Shown piece by piece: positions 40,586 through 54,497 of a stretch of 64,000 nucleotides of DNA. Location of the stretch: positions 61,449,741 to 61,513,740 of the forward strand of contig CM041465.1 in assembly GCA_023213395.1 (NCBI GenBank), in the 5' to 3' direction. A program made the translations under genes and the position numbers. The notes beneath the pieces were generated by a model, which ran no database searches, was not told where the DNA came from, and was given only the letters and a program-made list of their open reading frames with translations. Source of the stretch: Cycas panzhihuaensis. Taxonomy: Eukaryota; Plantae; Cycadophyta. The first letter of the stretch is position 1; every line of letters starts with the position of its first letter.

Positions 40586-41769
40586 AGAGAAGGATAGTGG
40601 CTGCAACTTCAAAAGATAGATAAACATCACCCCTTCATGGGGGAAAATGTGAAGAGAAAAAAAAAAGAGTGAAGAATGATGGGTCTTAAAGGTTAAAATA
40701 GCACAAAAACTACTCCACAAGAGGATAAGAGAGATCTATGGTTAGGCAATGAGGTTCGCAAAGGGTTTTCCCTATGGGAGGGAGAGGTGATGGTGTAAGA
40801 AACTCATCAATCATACCCTGGGTTTATTAGAAACTAATAGATGGCTCATAAAATAAAGTGCAATTTTTCTAGGTGATAAAGAGGGTTAATATAACCATAA
40901 AACTGGAGATCAATGCATTGATATGAAATTAAGGAGTATATGCACTGATAGGGTTTTGAATAAGTGAGTTTGGGGGAAAAAAGACCTCCCTAAAGAAAGG
41001 TAGAAACCATCAATATTACACATAAAAATATGAAAAAAATAATGTCAGGGAGCCAAAGAGGTCCGAGTCCTTAAAGAGATAGGAATGGTCTAAAAAATAT
41101 CTATTTGATGGCTTAATTAAAATGGAAAATAAGTAAAGAGCTCTAGGTAACCTACTGAAGGTGGCCAAATAAAAATGGGTTGGTTAAGAATTCAGAATTC
41201 ATTTTTACTATTACCTATTTGAGTTTCTTAGAAAATCCCTTTGCCACCCCTAATTTCTCCTATATTCATGGGCTTGTCATGAGAGATCTAGCTATTAGAT
41301 TGTTACACGAGAGGAGTATTTAGGATTTGGAGGATGCCATAGTGGTAGTGAGGGTAGACTTGGTGAGTGGATCCTAACTTTGAGCTTGTTTTTTGTTTAT
41401 TATTTTCATTGTACTTTTTGTTAGCTAGGTAGTGTCTGGTTTAGGATATTAGGGCCTAATGGGAGGGGTCCCATAAGAGGCTAAACTAGGGTTTTTAGGT
41501 GCCCTAGTCATAAGGGAATAACTTTAGGTCTAAATAAGGGTAGTTTAGGGCTAGTTTTTGCTTTTGTGATGGGGGTGTTTGGTACCCTTGTGGGGAAGCA
41601 TTACTACCTCTTATAATAAGTAGAAATGAAAAGCAAAGATCAGATACATACCATGTCCCCCTATGAGGGTATTTGGCATCATAAATAAAGGGTAGTGTAG
41701 GCTCATTTTAGAGAAGAGGTGAGTTCCCCCCTCTCCCATCAAGGAGAAAGGGGTCAACTATAGAACATT

Positions 41770-41900
41770 TTTAGGAAGTTACAATTTATAACTTTGTCAA
41801 ACTCGAGGTCTTCTAACATGGCAATTCTATATGCACTGTTATCAAGGATCTCGATGACTACAAGGGGCCCACCTATTTGGGATTGAATTTAGACAAATGG

Positions 41901-41962
<62 letters not shown>

Positions 41963-44900
41963 CAATTTGAGGACTTGGTCCTTAGGACTTAAGGGGTGAG
42001 GGCACATGTATTTTCCATGCATCCTCTATGCCCTAGCTTTGGATGCAAAATTAGCTTAGTATGCTACTAAGAATTTCTCATCTAAGGCTTTGAGGTCAAG
42101 GAAGTGGGCTTGATGTTGCCAGTCCTCATTAATAATCCCTTTAAGGAACACCCTCAACGAGGGGATTTTAAACTCTAGGGGCAACACTACTTTTGACCCA
42201 TAAACTGGGGAGAATGGTGTCATTCCCATAGTCATTCAAATCAAAGTATGGTAAGCCTATAAGGCCAAATGAAGCTAAATGTACCAATCTTTTTGGGATT
42301 GGGCAATGGTCTTTTTAAGAATATTAATTAACATTTTATTAAAATATTTAATTTGTCTATTGGCCCGAGGATAATAAGAGGATGAAGTCTTATGGGAGAT
42401 CTTGAATCTCTTACAAAGCTCATTAATCTCTTTATTACAAAATGGGATTTCATTATCCATAATGAGGATGTTAGGGACCTTGAATTGATAGATAATATGC
42501 TAAAATATAAAGGTAGTAGTGGTTTTACCTTTCATCAAAGATAAAGAAATAACTTTAGCCCATTTAGTAAAATACTCAGTAGCCATTAGGATGAATTTAT
42601 GTTGGGTGGAGGAGGGTGGAGTAATAGCTCTAATAAGGTCCAATACCTATCGGGAAAAAGGCCACAGAGAAACAACTGCATATAGTACCTCAGAAGGCTA
42701 ATGGATAATGTTGGCATGCTCTTGACATCTGTGGCAATATTGAGCATAGGCATGGGCATCTTTAAATAGGGTTAGCTAATAATAACCCATACATAGGATT
42801 CGTTGGGCCATTGATTGGTCCCCAAAGTGGCCTTTGCAAATGTTATCACATTTATAAAGAATTTGGGTAGTCTCCTTTGGGTTAATACAATGAAGGATTA
42901 TGCCATCGAATAATCATTTATACAATACTTCCTCCATGAGTAAGTATTACCAAACAAAGGTCCTCACACATATCTTGACCTTATTATTGGCATTAACTAG
43001 ATATTATTATTTGGTTAGGTAGTTAATTACATCATTATACCATTCACTATTAGCTAATGTATACACATTGGTTTATTGAAGAGCTAAAATAGGCTCATTA
43101 AGTAAGGAATCATCAACCATAACCCTAAAAGTGTTTGGTGTAGGGGCATCTACTAGCTATTCTATGACTACCATGCCTTTCTTGGATTTTTAGTTGACAA
43201 TTTTTAGATCGTACTCTTGAAGGAGGATGGCCTGCATTCTAGTCTTTCCCATCAAGTTAGATCATGTCAAAAGGTATCTCAAGGGATCAAATTAGATAAT
43301 CACATAAGTGGTATTATCGAAAACATAATGCCTAAACTTTTTGGCAATGTAAACTAGCACCAAACATTCTTTCTTGGCTAGTGAGTAGTTTAACTCTACT
43401 GCCACTAAGGTATAACTAATGAAATAGATGGCCCTCTTGGTTTTAGAGTTATCTTGGGATAATATGGTCTCTAGAGATTCATTAGTCACTGAAGTGTATA
43501 GAATAAAAAGGTGATAAAAAAGAGGAGAGGCCAAGATAGGAGCTGATACAAGGGCTTATTTAAGCCACTGGAAGGCCTCTTAGGCCCTAGGGCACCAAAC
43601 AAAAAGGGTCCCTTTCTTGAGTAGGTTGGTTAAAGGTTTGGCATTAATGGTGAAGTCTACAAATAAATGTCTCAAAAAACCTAATCTCCCTAAAAATGAT
43701 TTGATTTTTTATTATGTTCTTCAGGGAGGTATCTCAACTGTTACTTTAACATTATGAAGGTTAACTTAAATTCCTTGTTTGGAAACAAGGAATCCTAAGA
43801 GTTTATCAGCTATCACCAAAAAGATGCACTTAAGTGGATCTAGGATGATATGGTATTTGCAACACCTCATAAAAATGACCCTAAGGTTTGTAGCGTGATT
43901 ATCCCTTTTTTGGGAAATGCCTATTATATCATCCATGAAGACCTTAAGAATCTTGTTAACGGGGTCATGGAATATAAACTGCATAGCCCTTTGGTAAGTA
44001 GCACTAACATCTTTTAAATCAAAAGACATGGTTTTGTAAGTAGATGTTCTCCAAGGAGTGGTGAAGGCTATTTTGTGGTGGTCCTTAGGAGATATTTAGA
44101 TTTGGTTATAGCCAAAGAAGCCATATTTTAAGGACATATCCTCAAAATTGGTGGTATAATTAATGATTTGATCAATGAAAGGAAGGGAAAAGTTGTCTTT
44201 AGGACATGTATTGTTGATGTCTCTAATGTCAACATAAATTTTAATAGTCCTATTCTTCTTAGCGATAGGTATAATATTAAAAACCTATCTAGGGTAGTCA
44301 ATAGAAGTGATGAGGCCTACGCCTAGTAGCTTTTCAACTTTTATTTTAATAGCAACATATAGTTTTAGATATAAGGGATGTTATTTTTGCATCCTAGGAT
44401 GAGCACCTAAGATAGTGGTAAGCTTATGAATAATGATATTAGGGTCTATGCCCTTCATATTTGAATAGTCCCATGTGAAGACATCATGGAACTCTTGAAA
44501 TAACTTGGTATATACATCCATTTCTTAAGGAGAGTATTCTACTTTGACCTTGATGACTTTATTAAGGGTGAGGATGATGTCCTTGGTTGCCCTTGCATAC
44601 ATGACATTTCCTTCCTCAAAGTGGAAGGGGGCTTAGTCAATGGGAAGATGAGGAGTAATTGTTGGTCAGTTGTGCTTAGTTAGGGACAATCTAATAGCTA
44701 AACACTTCTAAAAACCAAGCTTATGGTGTCCAAAAGGTAAATTAGGTGTAGCCTCTACTAGGTGTTCCAATAAGGCCTTATCATTCTCAAAGTAATCTAT
44801 CCCATAGATAGTCTTGCTGAGAGGAGGTTGGGAAGTAAGTAAGGGAGTGACAGGCTCGTAGCAATCAACTAACTAGTCACAATAATAGGGGGATGCTTTT

Positions 44901-46803
44901 GAAGAGTTAGAGTACACCCTCCTATGATATTATATGCCTGTTTGAGGGGGGAAGTGCTAGCTAGGGTTGGGATCATAAATGATGGACCTATCATGAGAAA
45001 AAAAGGGACTTAACATCCTCATCATCTTTGAGGGATGACATGGGGTTAAGGGGCTCCTAGAGCATAATACTCATAGGTCGGTTGGGGGTCTATGAACTTT
45101 AGTAGGTTGATAGTACATGGTTGCTAAGCTTAAGCAAAAAAAGGCCCAAACATGTCAGGTGAGTAATGGTCATTTACCCCCACATAGGTCCTATGTTAGG
45201 ATATAAAATATACTAGGGGATGAGGGGCATGCCCCCTCTGCATGTTAAGGAGGAAGATTCAATAAGGTAATTCTTAACAGTCATCATCGGACTCGTGGTC
45301 ACTTAAGACAACTAAATACCTATGGCTCCCTATGTTAATGTAGGTAAAACAAACCAAATTTGTTTACATGGGACATGCATCCTTTCCTTCTTAGAGTTTT
45401 TCAATATTAAAGAAATCGATGATTGATGGGTCAGATGGATCTTCATCCTTATTAACTACTCCAAAGATTTCTTGGCATGGTTGATGGGATAATCAGCTAG
45501 GAGGGGATTCTCCAGTGATAACCTTTATTTTCCCTTCATGAGAAAACTTGAGTTGTCACCACTTAGAAGAGAAAATGGATACCATTTGATCAAGCCATAG
45601 GTGACCTAATAAGAGGTTATAGTGCACATCAATATCGAGGACCACAATGTCAGTTTACAATATTTTATCTTCTAGGGTAAGTGGGAGTGTTACTATTCCT
45701 AGGGATGCCTTCTCACTACCATCATAGCATTAGAACCTCCATGGGATTAGTTCAAGGACCCCTATAACTAGCTTCTCCACCATGTGTATGGTCATGGCAT
45801 TCATCGAAGAGCCATTGTCTACGATGGTCCTTTTCAATGTGAACTCAAGAGTATTGATAGTGATAGTGAAGGGGTAGTGCTAATGGCGCTTCCTCTCACT
45901 AGTGGAAGGAAGGTCTCTTGGGTCAAAAAAATGATGGGTAGCCCATGAGAAGTTATACCCATAAAATGGATAGGGGAATCCTTTTGGCCAAGGGCTTCTA
46001 GGAGAAGATCATGTTGCTTGGGGTAACTCTGTAGGACATCCATCATGGACATACCTATAGATACAGTGTGAAGCTTTTTGATAATGGAGAAGGCCTTCCT
46101 CTTTTAGGTGGGATGAGAAAATGCTCTTCAAAAATCATAATGCTTGGGATAAATGAGAATAATATTTGAGACCATAGGAATCTTCATAGGTGGGTTGTCT
46201 ACAGGAGGGTTTTGTTATGAAGTGGAGGCTTCACTAGCCTCTTTTTTAGCTTGAGAACATATGATAGGGCACACTTGAGTTATTGTAAGCATTTAGATCA
46301 ATCTCTTCCTTTTGTTCTTAGGTTGAGATGATGAAGGGTGTTAGGACCTTGGACTTAATAGGGAGGATGGATCCCTTGGACCCTTCCCCTTTGCTTAGCT
46401 AAAGGAAGGGGTAGGGGTTCTTCTCTTATTTCTTACTCTCCTATTTTGTGTAGGTTGATCTTGTTCACTATGATTAGGAAAAGGGTCTTAGTAAATAGGT
46501 TGCTCTAGGTTGGGTTTAAAAGTGCTTTGAGTGGAGGAATCATAGTATGATGCAAGTTTATGGTGTTATAACTAGAACTATGAATCCTCATGCAAACACT
46601 TCCCATGCATGGAACACCACTTCTTTTTGGGAAGGGGTCTTACCTTCCTCCCTTCAGAAGTTTGGGTGGTCCTACCTTTAAGTGGCAAAGTTTGGGAAGC
46701 TTGGTGCATAAGTTAGTATAGTTCTAGAGAAGTTTGAGTTAGTTTGAGCATCAAATCCCTAACAATACACTCAAAGGAATGTATAACAAAAGTAAGGGGG
46801 GTC
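41770..46803 (-). pseudogene. gag-pol: T2 gag (partial)-PR-RT-RH-INT
   Basis: ORF fragments ATYQRAMQFIFHD..FMDDII, AIYFISYTL..ELNYS..KECL and MDNEIPFCNKEINELC. Confidence 0.92.
41903..41960. repeat. (AT)29 microsatellite inside the T2 integrase C-terminus
   Basis: Read directly from the sequence. Confidence 0.95.
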
Positions 46804-48413
46804 TGGAAGTGTGCCTCTAGGGGGTCACTATGGATAAGAGCTTCTAAGCCAATACTATAACTATAATAGGAGCCTGGAAACCTCAAAAGGGAGGATAGGT
46901 TACCCTCAAAGGGTATCCATACATTGGAACATAGGTTCAGGGACCCACAAATAGTTCTTATGTCTTTTTCTTTATGTGAGTACCTTCTTAGATTCATTTA
47001 AGGCAAGGAGATACCCTCAAATGGCTAAATAGCCTAAAGAAAAGAGCTCTCATATCCTTATAAGAAAAGGAGATATGTTAGTCCTCCTTTCAGGAAAGGG
47101 AGGCAAGCAGAAAGAAGGGATGGTGATAAAGTGAGAGTCATCTTAGGAGGACCTACTCACAATCTAGGAATAGGTCCAGAGAGAGGATAGAGGTGAGTTA
47201 TGAGTATGTCGAGGCTATAAGGCTATGAGGTCTTCTTGAGTTACCAAGAAGAGCTAAGGGGTTTTCGAGTTTGGAAACTTATATGGTTTTAAGAGGAATG
47301 TCTTGTAACCAATGAAGTGATGTTCCTTTCTAGCATGACGTGAACGTTCTCTAAGGAAACAAATAAGTAATAACCAAGATTAATAATAAACATGCAAAGT
47401 AAATGCATAACCTTTTCTATCTATGTTTCTTGACTTCTTTTATTCTTTCAAATGAATGTAGTGCAAACTAAGAATGATGAAGAGGGGGAAGGAAAGGATG
47501 GAATGTAAGGGGATGCCTTATGTATGTTACCTCCCCTTTGATAGGTGGACGATTAGGCTCAATTAGGGAAATAAAAAGCAACAAACATTCCCTATATGTA
47601 TGCACTATGATCATGAAATCTTATTTTGCTTTTCCCTTTTTAAATAATGCAATAAGGGAAATAATTTTTGAGAGAAATAAAGAAACTTTAAACTTTTCCT
47701 TTCTTTTCTTTTCATTTATTAAATAAGAAAATAGGGTAAGGTGGAGATGCAAAAGGAGGAAAGAAGAGTCTGTAGGAAGGTGTGCACCTGGATGTGGCAG
47801 TTGGTGTCATAGTTGCATGCTCCTTTGTTGTCTCTCCTTGCTCTAGGTTTCCTCAAGTTGCTCTTGCACTTGTTATTACGAAAGTCATTGAATATAAAGG
47901 GAGGGGCTCCCTTACCTTCCCCTCATCCTCCAAATGAGGCTTACTTACCATCCCCAAAATGCTTGAAGGCAAAATAAAAAGTGGAAATGAAATGGTAGAA
48001 CTTAAAGAAACAAGTTGAAGAATGAGAATGATACCTTTTAGGGCAATGACACTTACTTGCATAAGAGATCAACCAATCTTTATGATATGGTAGATACCTG
48101 CAAACCCTTATAAGTAAACAACACATGCATACATGTGCATGTATATGACTATGTATGTGTTCCACCTAGATGATAATAGAAATTTACTTCTTGCAATAAA
48201 GAGAAAATGGTGATGATTAGTATGCCATTTCCCTTACACACATTAATATCCTCGTACAACCACCAAGAAGGAGAAGGGAGGTTGAGAGGAAGTGAGATGG
48301 TAGCCTCAAGATGGCTAGCTCCTATGAATGAAACACCTTCTAGGAAGCTAGGTAAGGTGGATCAGCTGTATGAAAATGATTTGGACAAAACAAGTGCAAG
48401 GGTTTGCATAAGT

Positions 48414-48556
48414 TGTAAATATTACAAAAAATGTAAATATTACAAAAGATGTAAATGTTACAAAAGATGCAAATGTCACAAAAGATGCAAATGTCACAAA
48501 AGATACAAATGCCATAAAAGATGCAAATCTTGCAAAAGCTATGAATGCTATAAAAC
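48414..48556. repeat. 18-bp minisatellite, about 8 units, in the T3 LTR
   Basis: Consensus TGCAAATGTCACAAAAGA; related 9/18-bp units at 48612-48648. Confidence 0.92.
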
Positions 48557-49384
48557 AAAGCGTAAAACCTATGAGAGTTATTGGTGAGTAAGATGTGTAC
48601 AAACTGATATTGATGTGAATGTTGCAAGTGTTGTGAATGTTGCAAATATGGAAGGGGTCACACCCTATGGGGTACACTAGCTTATGGATAAGGTATGGTG
48701 TGAAGGGATCTTGAGAAGTAGGGGGTTTCCCATAAGGAAGTGGCACTAGGAATTGGAGCTCTAGCCCTTTTCTCCTCCTTTACCTTCTCAAGAATATCTT
48801 AAACCTATCCAATTATTAGCTAGTGGGAACCCTAGGATAGGATGATAATAATAAGAAGAAATGAGAGGTTTTGCATCTCCTTGTATGACAAAATAGAGCA
48901 AAAGTATATACAACTAATGAAATGAGGTGTATTCAAAAGGAGATGATCCCAAAAGAGCTTAGTTAGTGAAGAAGTCAATTATCAACCTTTTCTCCTTGAG
49001 ATCCTGGGAGTTAGTGTAGAAAGCTCAATAACATCAAAACAACAATGAGCTTATGAAAGGAAATTCTACACCAAATAATTTATTCTTGACATTGATCCAA
49101 AAGTACGAGGAGTAGTACTTTTATTAAACTATGAAAATCTCCATTTAATGGTGGAGAAATCAACTAACAAAAGAATGGTAAAATTACAAGGAATAAATGA
49201 TAGAATTATACCATAAGGGGGACTCCAACCCTCCAAATACCTCTCCAAGGATGCTTCCCAAGTCAAGTCTCTAAGAACCACCTCTCCAACTTGTAGTAGG
49301 GCTCAAGTTATAGAAAGAAACTAGAATTTCATGTTTAACAAGTGGCAATCATGCAAGTATAACCACTAACCACCAGAATGCATG

Positions 49385-49775
49385 TTGTCCAAGTGGCCTT
49401 CATGCAATTCTTAAAAAGTTATAGCTTGTAATAGATCTTAACGAACTCCAATTTAGCTCGTATTTGGTATATGTATAGGAACGCATGTCCCCTCCGCTTC
49501 CCCAAATTTTTAGCTCATTTGGATGTCATTTGACTACATTTTTATTCATTTAATAATAATATGTATTTGCTATTTTTCTGCTGTCCAAGTGGCCTTCATA
49601 CAATTCTTAAAAGTTGTGGCTTTTAACTAACCTTAACAAGCTTGAATTTATCTCAAATTTGGTACATGTATAGGAACATATGTCTCCTCCACTTTCTCAA
49701 ACTTTTAGCTCATTTGGATGTCATTTGCCCATATTTCTATTCATATAATGATAATATATATTTTCTATTTTTTCT
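49385..49775. repeat. ~195-bp tandem duplication inside the chromovirus LTR (also ~55073-55460)
   Basis: Two consecutive units starting TGTCCAAGTGGCCTTCA in both LTRs. Confidence 0.9.
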
Positions 49776-50035
49776 GCTAGCTGTGGGATTAATTTTATGC
49801 AAAAACAAGGCTTGAACTCTAATCAAATGATATTTTCTGAATCCCACCTTTTGTACACATCTAGTGGGATTTGTCTTCTCCATTTACACAAAATTTCATA
49901 TAATTTTGATACCATTTGGCCATATCTCTTTCAGTTATACCAATGCCTAGAATTTTCTGCATCCTGTAAACATATGGTAGATCCTCCTGGATCATGGCTC
50001 CCCCTTCCTTGGAAAATAGCCAACTCCTGTTTGGC

Positions 50036-53000
50036 TTAGAATTGGAGATGGGGGAAGTGTTGTTCTCCTTGTTGCCTACTAAACCACTTGGCCTTACTAG
50101 GCAATTTCCCTGCTACTCCAATCCTAAAAGATTCATGTGTCTTATGTCTTGTTTTGGTAGATTTTCTCTCCAAGATGCAATCTTCCTTGAGAGGCTCCTC
50201 ACTTTCCAAATACAAATCATCAACTGAAGGTAAAGTGAACTAGTCCTGTTCCTCATCTAGCATGGAGGGCTTAAAGAGTTTTAAGTATTCAGCATTTACT
50301 ACTGAATATATTTGCATATAAGGTGGAAGATCAAGTTGGAAAGCATTGCCACCTACTTTTCTCAAAATCTTGAATGGTCCATACCTTATAGGTTTGAGTT
50401 TCTTGCCTTCTCCTTTTAACCTCTCCTTGCTCAAGTATAGCCATACTAAATCTCCTTCTTGAAAAGTACACTCTTGCCTATGCTTGTCATGTCTTTCCTT
50501 GTACTTTTGTTGAGTCCTTAGAAGTTGATCATGTACTTCTTTGTGGACTCTCTAGATCTTCTCCAAGTATCTTAAAGCCTTGTCATGTTCCTCCTTCTCT
50601 TTGACAGATCCTTCCTTAGCTTGCATGGAAAACTCTAAGTCAAATGGACTTTGAGGTAAGTATCCCAAACAAACTTTAAAAGGTGCTTTAGAGTGTGATG
50701 CATGCATTACTCTATTAAAAGCAAATTGTAGAAAAGTCAATGATTCATCCTAAGTCTTTGGTTGCTTGGAATTGTATCCCCTCAATAGATGTACCAAAGT
50801 TCTATTCACTACTTCGGTTTGTCCATCTGTTTGAGGATGGAAACTTGTACTCCTCTTTAATTTGGTATCCATCATCTCCCATAGTGACTTCCAAAATGAT
50901 GAAAGGAATCGAGTGTCCCGATCTGAAATGATGGAAGAAGGCAAGCCAAAATTCTTCCATACATGCTCGAAGAATAATTCAGCTGCTCCTATACCTGTGA
51001 TTGTCTTCTTACAAGGTATTAGACATATCATTTTACTAAACCTATCTACAACAACAAAGAGATAATCATGTCCCTTCCTAGTCATGAGAAGTCCCCCTAA
51101 AAAATCAATGGAGATACTTTCCCAAGGCCTAGTGGGAATAGGAAGTGGTGTATACAATCCTAATTTTCTAGAAGAAGGCTTAAAAGTATTACACATTACG
51201 TATCCTTTTACATATTTTTTTACATCATTTTACATTTTTGGCCATACAACATATCTTCTCAAGTTTGCTAAAGTCTTCTCTATACCAAAGTGACTAGCTA
51301 CTTTAGAAGTATGGGCTTCTCTAAGCCACTTGATCTTGTCTCCTTTTGATGGAACATAGAGTCGCTCCCTTTGAAAAGTAGACCATCCTTCCAAGCAAGC
51401 TGGGAAGGTCTTCCTTTCCCTAGGTTCTCTAATTCTTCCTCCAAAGCTTCATCTTCATGGTACAAGTCTTTGTACTCTTCATGATGCATTGGTTCCACTT
51501 GCAAACTCATAAAGAACTACAAACAAAAGTAGAAGAAGAAGTAGAACAAGGTGGTCTAGATAATATATCAACAATTTTGTTATTAGATCCCTTTTTGTAC
51601 TTAATTACAATATTGAATTGTTGTAAATAACTCATCCACTTCATGTGTCTTGCTTGCTGTAATTTACTTTGAGTTTGTAAAAATTGAAAAGGCTTATGAT
51701 CGGTATGAACTACAACCTCTTTTCCGAGCAAGTATGACCTCCAATGCTTGCATGCTTGATGAAGTGCGAACATTTCTCGATCATATGTTGGGTAGTTCTT
51801 TACTTGAGGGGTGAAGACTTCTGAATGGTAAGCAATAGGCTTCCCATCTTGAATAAGGACAACTCCCATCGCATTTCCCCTTGCATCAACTTCTACTTCA
51901 AAAGGCCTTTACAAATTTGGCATTGCCAAAACTGGTGCTTCACAAATTTTCTTCTTTAAAAGAAGAAAGGCTTCTTCCTCCTTGGAACCCCAAGTAAACT
52001 TTCTACTAGATTTTGTCAATCCATGTAGAGGTGCTACAACCTATGAGAAATGAAGAATAAACTTTCTCAAGTATTGACAAGCTCCTAAAAAACTTCCCAC
52101 CTCTATGATGTTTGTTGGCCTAGGCCATTTGAGGATGGCTTGAGTCTTGAGTGGATCAATGCTCAACTTTCCTCCTCCAACCACAAAGCCTAAGAAGATC
52201 AAGTTTTCCTTGACAAATTCACACTTCTTCACATTAAGCTTCAAATGATGCTTATCCATAGTCTTTAAAACTTTTTTTATGTGCTACAAATGTTCCTCCC
52301 ATGTGTTGCTAAAAATCAAAATGTCATCAAGATAAACAACAACAAAATTATCCAAGTAAGGCCTTAACATTTCATTCATTAGCCTCATGAATGTTGCAGG
52401 AGCATTACACAATCCGAAAGGCATAACCATCCATTCAAAGAGTCCTTGCTTTGTTTTGAAGGCCGTCTTCCATGTGTCCTCCTCCTTGACCCTAACTTGG
52501 TGATAACCACTTTTTAAATCCAATTTAGTGAAATAACAAGCATGCTGAATTTGATCAAGCAAATCATCTATGCAAGGCAAAGGGTAATGATTTTTAATTG
52601 TAATTTTATTTAAAGCACGAAAATCTATACACATTCTCCATCCTCCATCCTTCTTAGGCACCAAGACAATTGGTGAGCCACAAGGTGAACATGAAGGTCT
52701 TATGACCCCTTGATCAAGCAACTCCTCAACTTGCCTCTTTATCTCATTATTCTCTACAATGGAGTGCCTATACAAAGCAACATTAGGCAATGGTGCATCT
52801 CCTACAAGAGTGATTTCATGCTCTATCTTTCTCTTTGGAGGTAGCCCATCAACATGTTGAAATAGAATATTATACCTTGTCTTTAACTCCTTAATTTATT
52901 GCATTTATTTAGGTGATATAAGAAGAGTGTGAGTAGAAGGACCTTCTTCATCTCCTGGCTCTTCTTTTCTCCTTACCATTAAGATGATGAATTTACCACA

Positions 53001-54497
53001 TGCATTGATCATCCTTTTTGCTTGAGTAGCTAAAATTAATGCTATCTTATCCAAGTGCTTCTTTGTGACCTTTATGATGAAGCCCTTGTTATCCTTCATC
53101 AACCGATACTTTCTCTCCCTTCGATAGAAGAGTGCATATCAATCCCACAAGTAGGGGCTTCCAAGCATAACATGGCATACATCTAATGGCACCACATCAC
53201 ATATTACTTCATCAAAAAAATCATTAGTGATGGAAAATTTAAGTGTACATTACTTTGATATTTGCATTTCCACATCTTTATGGATCCAACCAAGAGAATA
53301 TGGGTGAGGGTGAGGAGTAGTTACCAACCCAATGCTCTTTACCAAACTTTCTGAGATCAAATTATTTTGGCTCCCTGGATCTATAATGGCACCAATCATA
53401 CTATTTCCTACTCGAAGCTTTAAGTGAAATAGTTCCTCCCTTGTAGTATCATCTTCGTAATTTGTAAGTAGAGTAACCTTCTCTTCTTCTCCTTCACTTT
53501 GAATCTCCACCTCAGAAAGTAGTGCTTTCCCTTTTTCCTTCTTTCTTAATTCCATATCCTTGATATGCTTTGGCTTTAGCTCTGGATGTAACTTCTAACA
53601 CTTTGCTGCAATATGACCGCTAATATCATAATGCTCACAATAGTTAGAACTTTTTAAAAAATTAGTTCTTTTCTTCTTTCCTTCTTGCCTTTTAGATGAG
53701 TGCAATTTAGAATTCTTTTCATACTTATTAGAAGTAAAAGTAGAATCTTTAGATATGAATGTAGATTTCTTGCTTTTACTTTCTATTGCCATAGCCATCC
53801 TACTTGCTTCTCCAATGGATTGAACCTTAAAAAGCCTTAGTTCCTTCCTTATGTATTCATGTAATCCTCCAATGAATTTCATAAGAGTGACATGTTCATC
53901 CATATTAATACCAAGTAGCATGCCATGCCTAAAAAATAAAGAAGTATAGTCTTGGACACTTACACCTCTCCCTTGGCGTAAATATTGCCAACTGACCCAT
54001 TGGTCTTCCTCATGACCTATGGGATAGAATTACTTCTTTATTATTTTCTTAAAATCCCTCCATGAAAAAGAAGATACATCATGAGTCTTCAAAAATGCAT
54101 TCCACCATGTCAATGCATGTTTACACAACTTAAGCCTAGCAAATGAAAGATTTTGAGCATTACTATAAGCATAAATTGTGAAGTAGGTTTCAAGTTGATC
54201 CAACCAATGGTCAAACTTTTCAGCATTTACATCTCCATCATAAGTTGGAATATCCAACTTTGCCTCCACCTTGAAGGGTTGATGAGATGAAGTACCCTTG
54301 CTTTCTTCAAAAGAGTGCTTTAAGGTCTCCTCCTCTTCCTCTTCATGGTTGTGGTCATATGAGAATCCTCCTTCAACTTCCTTCTCTTTGCCTTTTCCCT
54401 TGACTAGAGGTAGAAGTTGGGTCATCATTTGCATCAAGGCTTCTACGTTCTTCTCAAGCTTTTCAAATCTAATTTCTCCATCTTCTTTTTCAGCCAT
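50036..54497 (-). pseudogene. gag-pol: Chromovirus gag-PR-RT-RH-INT with a C-terminal chromodomain-like region
   Basis: [63 protein letters not shown] and YGPF. The tail reads ILERK..TR...F.IG..GKLPSKAKWF...FPHL. Confidence 0.95.

Larger units (their letters stand above)
31686..46803 (-). mobile_element. Tat-like element T2 (3' LTR ~31686-39708 split by a Copia; gag interrupted at 46803 by T3)
   Basis: The LTR boundary at 39708 (reverse TGTTTCCCAACTACTAGGAATAGA) matches the T1 LTR start, with PPT at 39709-39720. pol is homologous to T1. The left end at 31686 (TG) is less certain. Confidence 0.85.

Noticed and set aside
48414-48556. CRISPR-like array
   Set aside because: Units are contiguous with no unique spacers, there are no cas genes, and the context is a eukaryotic retroelement.
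48207-48587. Cys/Lys-rich ORF (CKCHKR repeats) resembling a metallothionein or zinc finger
   Set aside because: It is the translation of the 18-bp minisatellite in an LTR; several frames on both strands are open for the same reason.
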